Assembly: GCA_951406725.2 (NCBI GenBank)
Contig: OX597837.1
Coordinates: 21,452,001-21,516,000 of the forward strand
Length of the DNA stretch: 64,000 bases
Source of the DNA: Octopus vulgaris
Taxonomy: Eukaryota
Direction of reading: 5' to 3'
Shown: piece after piece, positions 52,155 through 64,000 of the stretch
Layout of the letters: every line of letters begins with the position of its first letter
How positions within the stretch are numbered: position 1 is the stretch's first letter
Position numbers and translations under genes: made by a program
Notes under the pieces: generated by a model
Told to the model about the DNA's origin: nothing
Database searches by the model: none
Seen by the model: the letters and a program-made list of their open reading frames with translations, nothing else

Positions 52155-55114
52155 GTATTACAAACTATTGTTTTGATATCATCTTGATCTTCTTTTAAAA
52201 CTTTTTATCATTTTTTTTCTGCCATTTCTGATCAATCAGCATTCGGGTGACTGGTGGAGAAAAATTTTGATTGGGATGTGAAAGCAGTTTATTTTATTTT
52301 ATTTAAAACTTTTTTTTTTAAAACTCCTTTTCTTTCCAAAATTCTCTGACCAAGAAAAGAGCAGAAACACCCTTCTATAGTCCATGCCAGCTATTTTCTT
52401 TTAAATTGGTCCCTACACTTGGCACCAACAAACCAAATGTGTATACTCTCTTTTGGGGCTTAACTGACATTGCTCATTGAAAGAAAGTCTGCCAGCTGAT
52501 TCTAGAAGCTGATTGGATATTAGACAATCCCTCCAGATCCCTTGGAGATATTCACACTTTATTGTCCAACCCATAACACACCACCCTCAGGCATCACAAC
52601 TTATAATATTGCTACCCTCAGGCATCACAAACAGTTTATGATAATAGGTTTAGTTCAATTTCAAATAATTTTTTTAAAAAAAGAGGAGACCCTTACACAC
52701 CCATATGAAGCATTAATTATTACTCATACATACATCATACACACATAACATTTTTACTCCATACATACAGATGCATACCTCAAGCAATATAAAGTACAGT
52801 TTAGACAATACCTGGCAGACAGTCGGATACTTCTAACACTTTGTATTGTAATCATTGCATATTTTGTAGAAATGGTTCGCTTTTGATTCCCGTTTGCGAA
52901 CCATTTCATTTATGTCACCTATGCCTCGGGGAAAGGCATGAATATCACAAATTTCCCTTCCTCTATAAAATGAGGCTCCATGCCAGTGTCAAAGTTATTA
53001 TTATGATTTCATTTAAAAAGGATTTTGTTTTGTCATTTTTCTCTGTTAGATCCTTCCAGAGATGTTTTTGTTCACTTTGGAAGTCATCTATTTTGCTTGA
53101 CCCTTACTTAATGGCTAGCTGCTTTCTTTGTCCCTTTGGAGAGGGTTTTGCTGTGTTGTTGTTTGCCCACCAGAAACAATGGATTCAGTTGACTTGTCTG
53201 TTAAGCAGACTGCTGTTGTAGAAAGAAGGATCACCTTTGTAGAAATAGTAGTTTAGGGGTGTGGCGCATGTCCTCCAGTCAGCTCAAAGTTGGTCGATAA
53301 TGTACACTTTTGGGATATCTAGTATCTTTTTGCCTGCAAATATTGTGTATGTATGTATGTGTGTGTGTGTATGCATGTATGTATCCCTCTGTCTATCCAT
53401 CTGTGTGTGTATATATATATATATATTATCTATATATATATGTGTGTGTGTGTAGGAGAAATTACAATAAACACAAGTTTATATCATTTGTTCCCCTGTA
53501 CATTTTACAATTGTGGTTGTTTGGAACTCCTGCATTTGATGTTCCAATTGCAGTTGAATGCTTAACCACTACAGCTCATCGAGGGAGCACTTTATTGCAT
53601 TATGTATCAGAGAGCTAAAGTCACGCGCGCGTGTGTGTATATGCATATATATTATATATATGTATATATAAAATGTCTGATGTTTGGCACGATTTAGATA
53701 GCTATCTTATGTATGTATATATAATATGTATATAATCTGGCCATACCGTGACTGTGAGTGGTGAAGAATATATATATATATATAGTATTTTGAAGACTCA
53801 GTTGTTTCATAGGTATGTGGTTGTGTTCCTGTTTTTCTTTCTCTGTAAAAGACAGATACTTTGTTATAAAAACAAGCCTTTGCTATAAGGGTCAAGTTGA
53901 AAATTTCTCTCTCTCTCTCTCTTCGCGTACTACATGCTAGTTGATTATGGGATTAGTTGTGACTCAATCGAATGGATTATTTTTCATGGATATCTCTTAG
54001 CTTGTTTGTTATGTATGTGCGAGTATTTTTTTGGTTTGCTTGATGTGAACATGCCTCATTCTGTAAAAGTATTTCTCACCATCTCTCACAATCTTTTTGA
54101 TTTAAAAAAAAAATTTTTTTTTTTTTTCCTTTCCTTCCTATCGCTATCTTCATTATTCTTCTGCCTCATTGAAAATGGCCAAAGTGTTCTGTGAAACTAG
54201 GAAAAAAAAAACAAAAAGCCAAAAAAGAAAAAAAACAACAAAAAACAAACGAACAAACAAAAATATGGAAAGAAATAAAAGCAAGAAAAACAAAAAAAAA
54301 AAGATAACGAAACAAACAAACAAATAAATAATTCCTCATCACAAAGACGAAAAGAAAATGAATTGAAAGAACAAAATAAACAAAGAAACCAAGCAACATT
54401 GAAACTTCCAAACTGTATCCATTGTTTTTCATCCGATAGATTGGCCTATTTATTTGTTTACCAGTCACTCTCCTTGACTCAAATTTCAAAAAAACTAAAC
54501 CCTCAGCCCTGAAACCTTTTTTTTTTTTTTTCCCCACCCTAAATCCCCCCCCCCCCCAATTTCTGTTGAAAATTTGTCTGTCGTTATGTACTTGTCTTGT
54601 CAATCTCTCTTTGGTCATTAAACTTGTTTTCCCCCTCCCCGCCTCCACCACCACTCCTCTACCTATTTGGACAAATTATTAACTGGTCTGTTCCTTCTTG
54701 TCCCATCCCACACTCTGACCCACCCCCCACACCCTACATCACAGATAATCAGGTTGCACAACTATTCGATATATCAATACAACATTAAGCTTCTTTTTTT
54801 TTTTTCTTTCTTCCCCTATTGGCAAGAGGATAAAAAAAAAAAAAATGAAAACTAAACAAATAAAGAGACATTTCAAAAGACAAAATTCAAACAAGGACCC
54901 TTTCTGAAGAAGCCCATAGCGCCATGGATTACGTCTTCATCAATATGGTATAACATATATATATATGAATATATATATAGTTCCTTCTTTCCCATCCTCA
55001 TCATTATCACTACAATAATTGAGCTCTGTCCCTCCTTTCCTCGACCCCCTAATCTTTCTTTCTGTGTCACTATAATTCTCTGCATTACCCATTCCTAACA
55101 ATGCACAACATTTT

Positions 55115-55160
<46 letters not shown>

Positions 55161-56904
55161 AGGCTTAAACATAGATACATACACATGCATGCGCACACGC
55201 ACGCACACACACACACACAAGTGTTGTGAAGAGAGCTAAGGTGTCTGTGTGTGTGTGTGTATGTGTTAAAGGAACACCCCACCCCCCCAACAAGAACCAT
55301 ATTTCATGTGTCAATGCATTGTGAAAGTTGGACTATAAACATCTGTATTTGAAGATGTCGGATTTTTTTCTCTCTCTCTCTCTCCCTTTCCCCTCCTCCC
55401 CCTTCCCCCCTCGATCTTGAAACACTTTACAAAAGCATTGAAGGAGAAAGAAAAAAAAGTCATAATTAAAACGTTTAAATAAAAACCAAACATCATCTTA
55501 TTTTTTGTGCGTATGTTATTATGTCAGAGTGCATGTGTGTGTATGTGCATATATATATATGTGTGTATATATATATTTTCAAACACACATGCACGCATAT
55601 GTGTGCATATTTTTGTGTGTGTCTATTTGCAATGTGTAGTTGTAGTCCATTGATTTGTTAACATACCTCTTATCTTTATACATTTCAGATTCGTGGATTT
55701 TTCATTTAATGTTGATATAAGATTTTAAAGTCTGTGTGTGTGTGTATGTGTGTTTTTATTTCTGCGGTCATTCATTGTTTCGTTTGGGACTTGTTTCCTT
55801 TCTTTAACTTCTACCTCCATAAGAAAATGTTTTGCTTTTTCTGTATACACCCTCCCCTGTACTTTCTCAGCACTAGGCATTTTACTGGCAACATGTTTAG
55901 ACACAACTCATCTTTAGTAGAGCAGACCTGCATTCCAGTTGTGACTCTCACATCTTTTTAGAGGTATCTAGGACTACATCATCTCGTATGTCCTTTCCTT
56001 GTTTTATTAAAGTAATAAGGATGACTTTGAGGGAGGTTTGACTGCTATGTTAGCCAGTTTGAGGACAACTGTGTTGAGGCTCCCTCATTGCTTTTAGATT
56101 TATCAGGTAAGGAAACTCGGTCACTTATTCTGTGAAATGGTTCCCTTTCTGTAAAGTAAAGCTTAGCAACTAGTAGTTGTACATTAATTTATCTTCTTCT
56201 AAAGAGTATTGGAGCCAAAGAAGTCACCTTGCTAAAATAAGCAGTAAGTTCTCATAAATCATAGCCTGCCATCTTTGATATAAAAAAAGTAACACATTTG
56301 ATTAGTCATTTATACTCTTAAAAAGATGATGTAACAGTTACAATTAGCATGTTATTGATCATAGACCTGTTTGTTCCAAATTGACCGGGGGTTAAATAAC
56401 ACCAAAATACATTATCCTTTGCATTGTAATGATAATCTTAAAAAATATGGTTGGTTATATTTAAAGGGAAAATATCCATAAGCTGTTCTGTGCTGCACCA
56501 CATACCAAACTCTCCCATATCCACCTTGTCTGCCTCTGGACTACAAAAGTTTCTTTGGTTTGAATTTTTTGGGTGGTTTCTGAAGAAAGCTAGTTTCATG
56601 GCAGGAAGTTGCCAGCTCTGGCTTAAGCCTTCTCTTTTACTGGGTGTGGAAACTAACTGACATTCTCATTTAAATGATAATAACCAAAGAGAGAACAATC
56701 AATATTGAGAGGGAGAATTGATGTTGGTACTTTTAGTTTATTGACCTTAGAAAGATAAAAGGCACAGTGTGACCTTGGCCGTAATTGAACTCAGATCACA
56801 GACCCAGAACCAGTGTCACATGGTATTTGTCCAGTGTTCTAATTATTCTGCTAGTTCACCAGGCAAGTTCTTGGCAGAAGCAGTGTCTTCACCATCATAA
56901 TTTC

Positions 56905-57127
56905 TTATTTCTGTATTGCCCACAAGGGGCTAAACATAGAGAGGACAAACAAAAGTATTAAGTCGATTACATGGACTCAGTGCGTAACTGGTACTTAATT
57001 TATCGACCCCGAAAGGATGAAAGGCAAAGTCGACCATGGCAGAATTTGAACTCAGAACATAAGGGCAGACGAAATACCGCTAAGCATTTCGCCCGGCGTG
57101 CTAACGTTTCTGCCAGCTCACCGCCTT
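56905..57127 (-). mobile_element. SINE family C with a Meta-domain-like core
   Basis: Minus strand has GGTCGACTTTGCCTTTCATCCTTTCGGGGTCGATAAATTAAGTACCAG, resembling the MetaSINE central domain, and a B-box GAGTTCAAATTC. Copies at 10515-10720, 15318-15530, 23215-24180 (x3), 27905-28315 (x2), 62564-62783. Confidence 0.8.
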
Positions 57128-58119
57128 ATAATTTCTATGTTTGTGTTTTCCATGCTGGTGTGTGTTGGACGAATCTCATTGAGGTAGTATTTTATGATCA
57201 AATACCCTTCCTGATGCCAACTTTTGTTTTCAGGTAAGGTGCTTTTTATTTCACATCTTTGCAATGCTGATGAAGGGATTAAAATCCCTATTAGTTGAAA
57301 AACCGGTAAGGGTTAGCAAACAGAAAGGGCATCCAGATTGTAAACATATTTCAATATGTATTCACTGTTCCATGTAAAATGTATCCATCCAGTCCACACT
57401 GTAAAAGGCGTCCAGCTGTAAAAACCATGCCAAAACTGACCTTGCCTGTGCTGGTCCCACATAAAGAGCACTCAGTCCACTGTGGAGTGGTTGATGTTAG
57501 GAAGAGCATCCAGCCGTAAATACCCTGCCAAAACAGACACAGTAGCCTGGGGTAGTCTTCTACCTGGGTAGCTCTTGTCAAATCGTCCATCCCATGCCTG
57601 CATGGATAGCAGACATTAAACAGTGATAACGATGATGATGATTCAGCTAACCCATGCTGGTAAGGGAAACTCAATGTCAACCAAATGAGTATGTCTGCGT
57701 TTCTGCATGTCTGTAGTGGAACTGTTCAGTTATACAAAATGATGTTTGTGTCTCACCTGAAGGAAAAGTCTGGCAAATCATCAGCAGTTGTGGAATCATA
57801 GAATTCTAGGTACACAAATGCCTAAGAAAAAAAATAGGTTAGTCAGGGCTGGCTGCCACCATGTGCTTTGGCCTGAATTACATCAAAATGCTTTCAGTGA
57901 ATTTCATCTCAATGAACAATCAAGTTGGCATCATCATCATCATCACTTTTACTGTCTCCTTTTTTATGCTTGCATGGGTCAGATGAGTCTTTTTAAGGCA
58001 GATTTTCCTATGGTTAGTTGCTCTTCTTCATGAGCAACCCTCACCTTGTTTCCAAATAGTTGTGATAATTACCCCACATGCTTTCATGAATGTCTATTAA
58101 CAAGGGACACTGTTTACAT

Positions 58120-58457
58120 CAGTGGTTCTCAACTGAAGTCCATAAGGGCCCTGAAGGTCCATATAAGATTTCTGGAGGTCCACACAACAAAATAGCAAAT
58201 TGGAGATCCACAATAGTACTTTAAGGGCCCCTGAAAAAATGTTGCCTTTCATGTATGTATTGTAAGAAAACAGCTTGGTTTCTTTCCTTAATGTTTTACA
58301 TAAGTGCCTACACAAGTGAATGTGTGAAAATCAAAATAGCCATTTGATGTTTAAAAACTAGTTTTATAGGAACTTCTTTCACAATTCCCATGGGGGTCCA
58401 CTAGAATAAAGCAGTAATCAAAAGGATCCATAGGTAAAAAAAGGTTGAGAACCTCTC
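58120..58457. mobile_element. hAT (Charlie-like) MITE
   Basis: CAGTGGTTCTCAAC ... GTTGAGAACCTCTC, with 8-bp flanks gtttacat/gtttatat (TSD with one mismatch). Confidence 0.8.
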
Positions 58458-59194
58458 GTTTATATGAATGCCAACATATTTACAATTAGTACACACGTGA
58501 ATGCAGGTGGTTTAGTGGTTAGGGTACTTGGCTTGCGATTGTAAGGTCATGAGTTTGATTCCTGGCAGCATGTTGGTGCTTGAGCAAGACACTTCATTTC
58601 ACTTTTCTCCAGTCCACTCAGCTGGCAAAAAATAGTTGTATCTTTATTTCAAAGAGCCAACCTTGTCACATTCTATGTATCACCTAGTCTCCCTGAGAAC
58701 TATGTTAAGGATACGCATGTCAGTGGAGTGCTCATCCAGTTGCATGTTGATTTCATGAGCAGGCTGTTCTTCTGTTGGTCAAATCAACTGGAACTTTTGT
58801 CGTCGTAACCAACAAAATACCGGGATCATACTTCTCAACACTACCTAAACTCACCACCCTCTTAATTGTGGGGTCTCTTTACTCCAGCAAGTTACAAGGT
58901 GACCTCACTAAAGTTAATGTCATAAAAAGATGCAACATCCAGTACACTGTGTGAAATAGCTGGCATTGGGAAGGGCATCTAGCCATAGAAACCATGCCAG
59001 AACTGAGAAATTAAAGCAAATTGGGGGTACTCTGAGCTGCTAGATCCTGTTGAACTGTACAACCTATATTTGTATGGAGGGAATGTGTAAAATGACGATA
59101 TCTTTTGGACTGGTGCAATTCATTTATTACATGGTACCATTTTCAGGAAAATGAATATTATTTCATGTCTTAATTGATACATATGACACAAAAC

Positions 59195-59584
59195 TCTGCT
59201 TGCGAAGACCTTTTGAGGCAAGTGAAACCGAAATCAATCAAAATCAATGGAAATTGTAGTTGTGATACCAATGCCAGTGACACGTAAAAGGACCATCCGA
59301 ACGTGGCCATTGCCAGTGTCGCCCTGACTGGCCTCCGTGCCAGTGGCACATAAAAAGCACCAACCGATCGTGGCCATTGCCAGCCTCGTCTGGCACCTGC
59401 ACCGGTGGCACGTAAACAGCACCCACTACACTCATGGAGTGGTTGGCGTTAGGAAGGGCATCCAGCTGTAGAAACACTGCCAGGTCAGACTGGGTCTGCT
59501 GCAGCCTCCTGGCTTCCCAGAACCTGGTCAAACTGTCCAACCCATGCTAGCATGGAAAGCAGACGTTAAACGATGATGATGATG
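59195..59584 (+). mobile_element. Retroposon family B with internal GTGGCACGTAAAAAGCACC sub-repeats and a (GAT)n tail
   Basis: Shared GGCGTTAGGAAGGGCATCCAGCTGTAGAAAC motif and 3' end CCAACCCATGCTAGCATGGAAAGC.GACGTTAAACGATGATGAT. Copies at 9660-9990, 24350-24580, 27113-27410 (-), 39890-40160, 57400-57640. Confidence 0.85.
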
Positions 59585-61228
59585 AATTGATACATGTGTG
59601 TGTGTGTGTGTGTTTATTTCACACACATACACATATATGGCTATAGACACAAGCAAGGCTTTGTGGTAAGAAGTTTGCTGCCCATTTGGATGGTTCAAAG
59701 TTCCGCCCCACTGTGTGGTACCTTGGATGGGTGTCTTCTACTATAGCCCCAGGCCAACCAAAGTCTTGTGAATGGATTTGGTAGACAGATACTGAAAGAA
59801 AGCTGTTCGTTTATGTATGTATATTCTTTTATTTGTTTCAGTCATTTGACTGTGGCCATGCTGAAGCACTGGCTTTAGTCAAACAAATCAACCCCAGGAC
59901 TTTGTAAGCCTAGTACTTATTCTATCGGTCTCTTGCTGAACCGCTAAGTTACCGGGACAAACATACACATACACACACACACATATATACAATGGGCTTT
60001 TTTCAGTTTCCGTCTACCAAATCCACTCACTAGGCTTTGGTGTTCCCGAGGCTATAGTAGAAGACACAGGCACAAAGTGCCATGCAGTGAGACTGAACCT
60101 GGAATCATGTGGTTCCAAGCTACTTACCACACAGCCATTCCTTTGTAGGTGAGTGTGTGTATGATTGTCACTGTTATACTAGCAGTGTCATTCATTTCCA
60201 ATATTCTGTGAGGCCATGTCTGGCCATGGGGAAGCATCCTTGTTTGGACACAGATGAGGGAGAGCAACAGGAAGGGCAACTAGCAGTAGGAAGTCTGCCT
60301 CAGTAAACTCCACCTGTCCCATGAAAGCATGGAAAAGGAGATATTAAAACGATGGTGATATATATAAATCTATTTAAACCGGCTATATCTGGTCAAAAGT
60401 ATTTTGCCTGTTTTATGTTCAAACTGGCCATATCTGGTCTCTCACACCAACCCTACAATATCGTTTTAAAAATTTACAGCTGCCTCATCAAATTCTCACA
60501 GTTACAAGATAATGCATGATTAATTCAAAACAAAGTGGATGAAAAAGCATTAATTTTGGTAGAATAATGCAAACACTAAAGGGTTAAAATTATGAAAACC
60601 AGAATAAGATTCTTATCACTGGGATGGCTGTGTGGTAGGAAGATTGCTTCCCTGCTACATTATTCCAGGTTCAGTTCCACTGCATGGCACCTTGGGCAAG
60701 TGTCTTCCACTACAGCCCTGGGCTGACCAAGGTCTTTTGAGTGGATTTGGTAGATGGAAACTGAAAGAAGCCTGTCCTTTATCACTGCATCACGACTGGT
60801 GTTGGTTTGTTTATATCACTAACTTGCCAATTAGACAAGAAAAAGAGAGAGTAATTACTAGAGTCAATTCATTTGACTAAAAAGCCTTCAAGGTGGTGCT
60901 CCAGCATGGCCACCATGCAGTGATTGAAATGAATAAAAGTATAATAGATATCGTCCGAATGTTGAAGGGACTTCTGAATTGTCCTGTATTTTGACATAAG
61001 TGTCATTTATATCTGGTTGAATTTCAACTTTCACAAGTGACACACACGCAACTTGGAAAAAACAAAAAAAGATAAATGAAATGAAACAAAATAAACATGA
61101 ATGCCAAAACTCAAGCTTGGCAATTTGGTTTATTGCATTTAATTTTCTGCTGTTTGTAATTCCAGTATCTGTCAACACACTGTCAAGGCTACAGCAACAA
61201 AATTATCTGCTGAAATTTATATTTATAT

Positions 61229-61630
61229 CTCTTTCTCTTTCTCTTGTTTCAGTCATTTGACTGCGGCCATGCTGGAGCACCGCCTTTAATCGAGCAACTC
61301 GACTCCGGGACTTATTCTTTGTAAGCCCAGTACTTATTCTATCGGTCTCTTTTTTGCCGAACCGCTAAGTGACGGGGACGTAAACACACCAACATCGGTT
61401 GTCAAGCAATGCTAGGGGAACAAACACAGACACACAAACAAACACACATATATATATACATATATACCACAGGCTTCTTTCAGTTTCCGTCTACCAAATC
61501 CACTCACAAGGCATTGGTCGGCCCGGGGCTATAGTAGAAGACACTTGCCCAAGATGCCACGCAGTGGGACTGAACCCGGAACCATGTGGTTGGTTAGCAA
61601 GCTACTTACCACACAGCCACTCCTGCGCCT
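61229..61630 (-). mobile_element. tRNA-derived SINE family A, best-preserved copy
   Basis: Head with A/B-box-like GTGGCTGTGTGGTAAG / GGGTTCAGTCCC, core TTGGGCAAGTGTCTTC, central (TG)n, tail GGTGCTCCAGCATGGCCGCAGTCAAATGACTGAAAC. More than 15 homologous copies, e.g. 1740-2000, 4225-4450, 33090-33435, 33920-34265, 34565-34920, 35630-36015, 43400-43765, 44830-45210, 59825-60140, 60620-60940, 62070-62430. Confidence 0.9.
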
Positions 61631-62454
61631 GATATATATTTATATATATATATTTACTCATCAAGCGTTTGCAGATTTTTCCCATTTCATATCTAAATTT
61701 AAGCTGCAAATCGGCCCTGATCAAGCAGACACATGATCAAAGGCATTCCAAGCATGACTATCCTGGCAGTTTTCCCAGGCACATCTCACTCAAGCCTTCA
61801 TTTATTTATTTATTTTTTTTTTATTTCTAAGTGTTTTTTTATATGATGGTGGAATTTGAGGCAGATTTAGCTGCAATTTATTTGTAGACCATCTTCCATT
61901 TATCACTTGTTTCGGTCATTGGTCTGGAGCGCTGCCTTGAAGGCTTTTTAGTTAGACATATAAATTTCAGTACTTATTCTATAGTTTCTTTTGTTGAACT
62001 GCTAAGCAATGGGAGGACAACCACAAAGATATGCACACTCTGCTTGTGTGTATATGTATGTCTTTTTTCTTTTACTTGTTTCTGTCATTGGACTGCGGCC
62101 ATGCTTGAGCACCACCTTGAAGAGTCTTTAGTCCTACAAATTGACCCCAGATATTTTTTTCATTTTAAGCCTTACTCTTTTGGTCTCTTTTGCCGAACTG
62201 CTAGGTTACAGGGACATAAACGGACAGCAGTTGTCAAGCAGTGGTGGTGGACAAACAAAGACACACAAATAAATAGATGTGTGTGACATGCTTCTTTCAG
62301 TTTCCGTTTACCAAATCCACCCATAAAGCTTTTGTTGACCTGAGGCTATAGCAGAAGACACTTTTCCATAGTGCCACACAATGGGACTGAACCCAGAACC
62401 ATATGGTTGGAAAACAAACTTCTTACCACTCAACCAATGGGATAGAAATCGGAG

Positions 62455-63015
62455 ACCCCTTTCAGTCATGAATGACCATGAGATTGCACCTAGAAAGTTA
62501 CCCTCCGAGACACAAGTCCAGGCAAGGTTGTTTATGGAAGACCAGCAGTCACCCATGCATACCTATTTCTTTACTACCCACAAGGGGCTAGACACAGAGA
62601 GGACAAACGGATTAAACTGATTATATCGACCCCAGTGCGTAACTGGTATTTATTTAATCGACCCCAAAAGGATGAAAGGCAAAGTCAACCTCAGCAGAAT
62701 TTGAACTCAGAACATGGCGGCAGACGAAATACTATTGAGCATTTCGCCCGGCGTGCTAGCGTTTCTGCCAGCTCACTGCCTTATGTATGCAGTCACCCAT
62801 GCGTACCGGCCTCCCCTCTCCACGCCACCAGTGTTATCCAAGGGAAAGGCAAAGGCCGATACAGCATCGCAACTCAATTCTACAGCTGAGTGAATTGGAG
62901 CAACGTGAAATAAAGTGTTTTGCTCAAGAACACAACATGCAGCCCGGTCCGGGATTCAAACTCACAACATGATGGTCGTAAGTTCGATGCTCTAACCACT
63001 GAGCCATGCACCTTC
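62455..63015 (-). mobile_element. tRNA-derived SINE family D interrupted by a family C SINE
   Basis: Head GGCTCAGTGGTTAGAGCATCG..GAGTTTGAATCCC and core TTGAGCAAAACACTTTATTTCACGTTGCTCC. Related copies at 25918-26145, 28990-29265, 36410-36720, 37300-37605, 58500-58820. Confidence 0.8.
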
Positions 63016-63540
63016 ACAGGATAGAAATACCTTATTTGAAAAACAGGTAAGAGTTGGCAGCAAGTAGGGTATCTAGGTTTAGAACAGTGCTTCAATAAGT
63101 CTCATCCAAATCATCTTAGCATGGCAAATACTGGCTTAGAAACAATGATGAGGGTACTTTACTTTAACTATTCATACATTTATCTATAAATTTATTCTGC
63201 TACTTACACATCTGCAATTGTGACAGAGACAAATTGTTACTAATTAATTCTTTTACATTGACATTACTGTGTCAAATACAATGCTTATTCGCATTGCTTT
63301 GAAGTGATCATGTATTATCTTATAGCTTTGGGATTTCAATGATATGATTGTTTATTTTTAAAATAACATTGTAGAGTAGGTGTGAGAGTCTTGATCTGGC
63401 TGGTAGAATATTTGGACCAGATGACTGACACTCTGTCGATTATAACATTGATGGTTCCAGTTGACCCAGTCAACAGAACAGCCTGTTCGTTAAATTAACA
63501 TGCAAATGGCTGAGCACTTAACAGATACTCATACCCTTAA

Positions 63541-63760
63541 CCCTTTCGTTACCAACCTGGCTGAAACCGCCTCTGGCTCTGAGTACAAATGTCTTGTTTT
63601 CATAAGGTTTGAATTAAAATCTTCCACCAAACCTTAGTCACACTTTATGTTCCTAACACCAGCTTAACGATAACGAAGTTATTTTACAAAATTCTTTGTT
63701 ATATCTAAAATAATTGAGAGAACCACAGAGCATCCCAAAATAAATACAGTAACGAAAGGG
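63541..63760. mobile_element. piggyBac-type MITE family 1, nested in a SINE
   Basis: TTAA|CCCTTTCGTTAC ... GTAACGAAAGGG|TTAA: perfect 12-bp TIR and TTAA target duplication. Confidence 0.9.
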
Positions 63761-64000
63761 TTAACATAGTTTTCAGGGAGATTAAGCATGGCACAGAACG
63801 TGACAAGGCCAGCTCTTTGAATAGCAGAATTGTTTCTATGCTGTTTTTATGTTCTAAATTCAGATTCTGCCAGGGTCAATATAATGAGTACGAGTTGAGC
63901 ACCGAGGTCAATGTAATCAACTTAGCCCCTTCCCCAAAATTGCTGACTTTGTTCCAAAATTTCAGCCATTATTTCTATATATATAAACGGCAAAATGTCT

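Noticed and set aside
52860-53333. Minus-strand coding exon after the tttgcAG acceptor
   Set aside because: All three frames stop within 20 codons.
55689-55728. Alternative terminal exon (catttcAG|A TTC GTG ... TAA)
   Set aside because: The only evidence is an acceptor-like site, which is common in AT-rich DNA.
56098-56106. 9-nt in-frame microexon (cttttAG|ATTTATCAG|GTaagg)
   Set aside because: The splice-like dinucleotides are good, but the upstream context appears to be a decayed repeat and chance occurrence is likely. It needs RNA junction reads.
59270-59425. Repeat-spacer-like array of GTGGCACGTAAAAAGCACC units
   Set aside because: These are internal sub-repeats of family B with homologous spacers, in a eukaryotic context; not CRISPR.
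60888-61178. Minus-strand ORF with an exon-like segment (ttttccaAG|VACVSLVKVEIQPDINDTYVKIQDNSEVPSTFGR) as a nested antisense gene
   Set aside because: There is no credible GT donor before it runs into a SINE tail, no recognisable homology and no partner exons.
1618-63095. Numerous 60-170 aa ORFs with recurring peptides (LDALPNANH, EDTCPRCH, GLNPEPCGW) and ORFs overlapping the giant exon
   Set aside because: They are translations of SINE or microsatellite copies, or shadow frames of the real exon.
52155-64000. Next REV3L exon (expected E-I/V-G-G-R-like start) and the polymerase domain
   Set aside because: No matching exon was found; it is presumably beyond the window end.

Overview
AT-rich eukaryotic genomic DNA, dense in SINEs, MITEs and microsatellites. 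The repeat families suggest an octopus or other coleoid cephalopod (inference). The window holds the internal part of one + strand gene, REV3L (DNA polymerase zeta catalytic subunit). Twelve coding exons were traced by hand with canonical GT-AG sites and consistent phases, giving 7905 nt (2635 codons). They end in a 6673-bp giant exon (45482-52154) carrying a REV7-binding motif. The start exons and the C-terminal polymerase exons lie outside the window. Introns contain at least four SINE families, TTAA piggyBac-type MITEs, hAT and mariner MITEs, a mariner transposase fossil, an RTE LINE fossil, a tRNA-Asp-derived element, and Penelope-type palindromes with minimal hammerhead ribozyme motifs. 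The most interesting candidates are: (i) a possible truncated, polymerase-less REV3L isoform, suggested by a weak donor, an in-frame stop and a ~3.7-kb TE-free UTR-like tract; (ii) a G3:C8-swapped minimal hammerhead inside a 240-bp palindrome; (iii) a long hexapeptide Met/His repeat in the giant exon.
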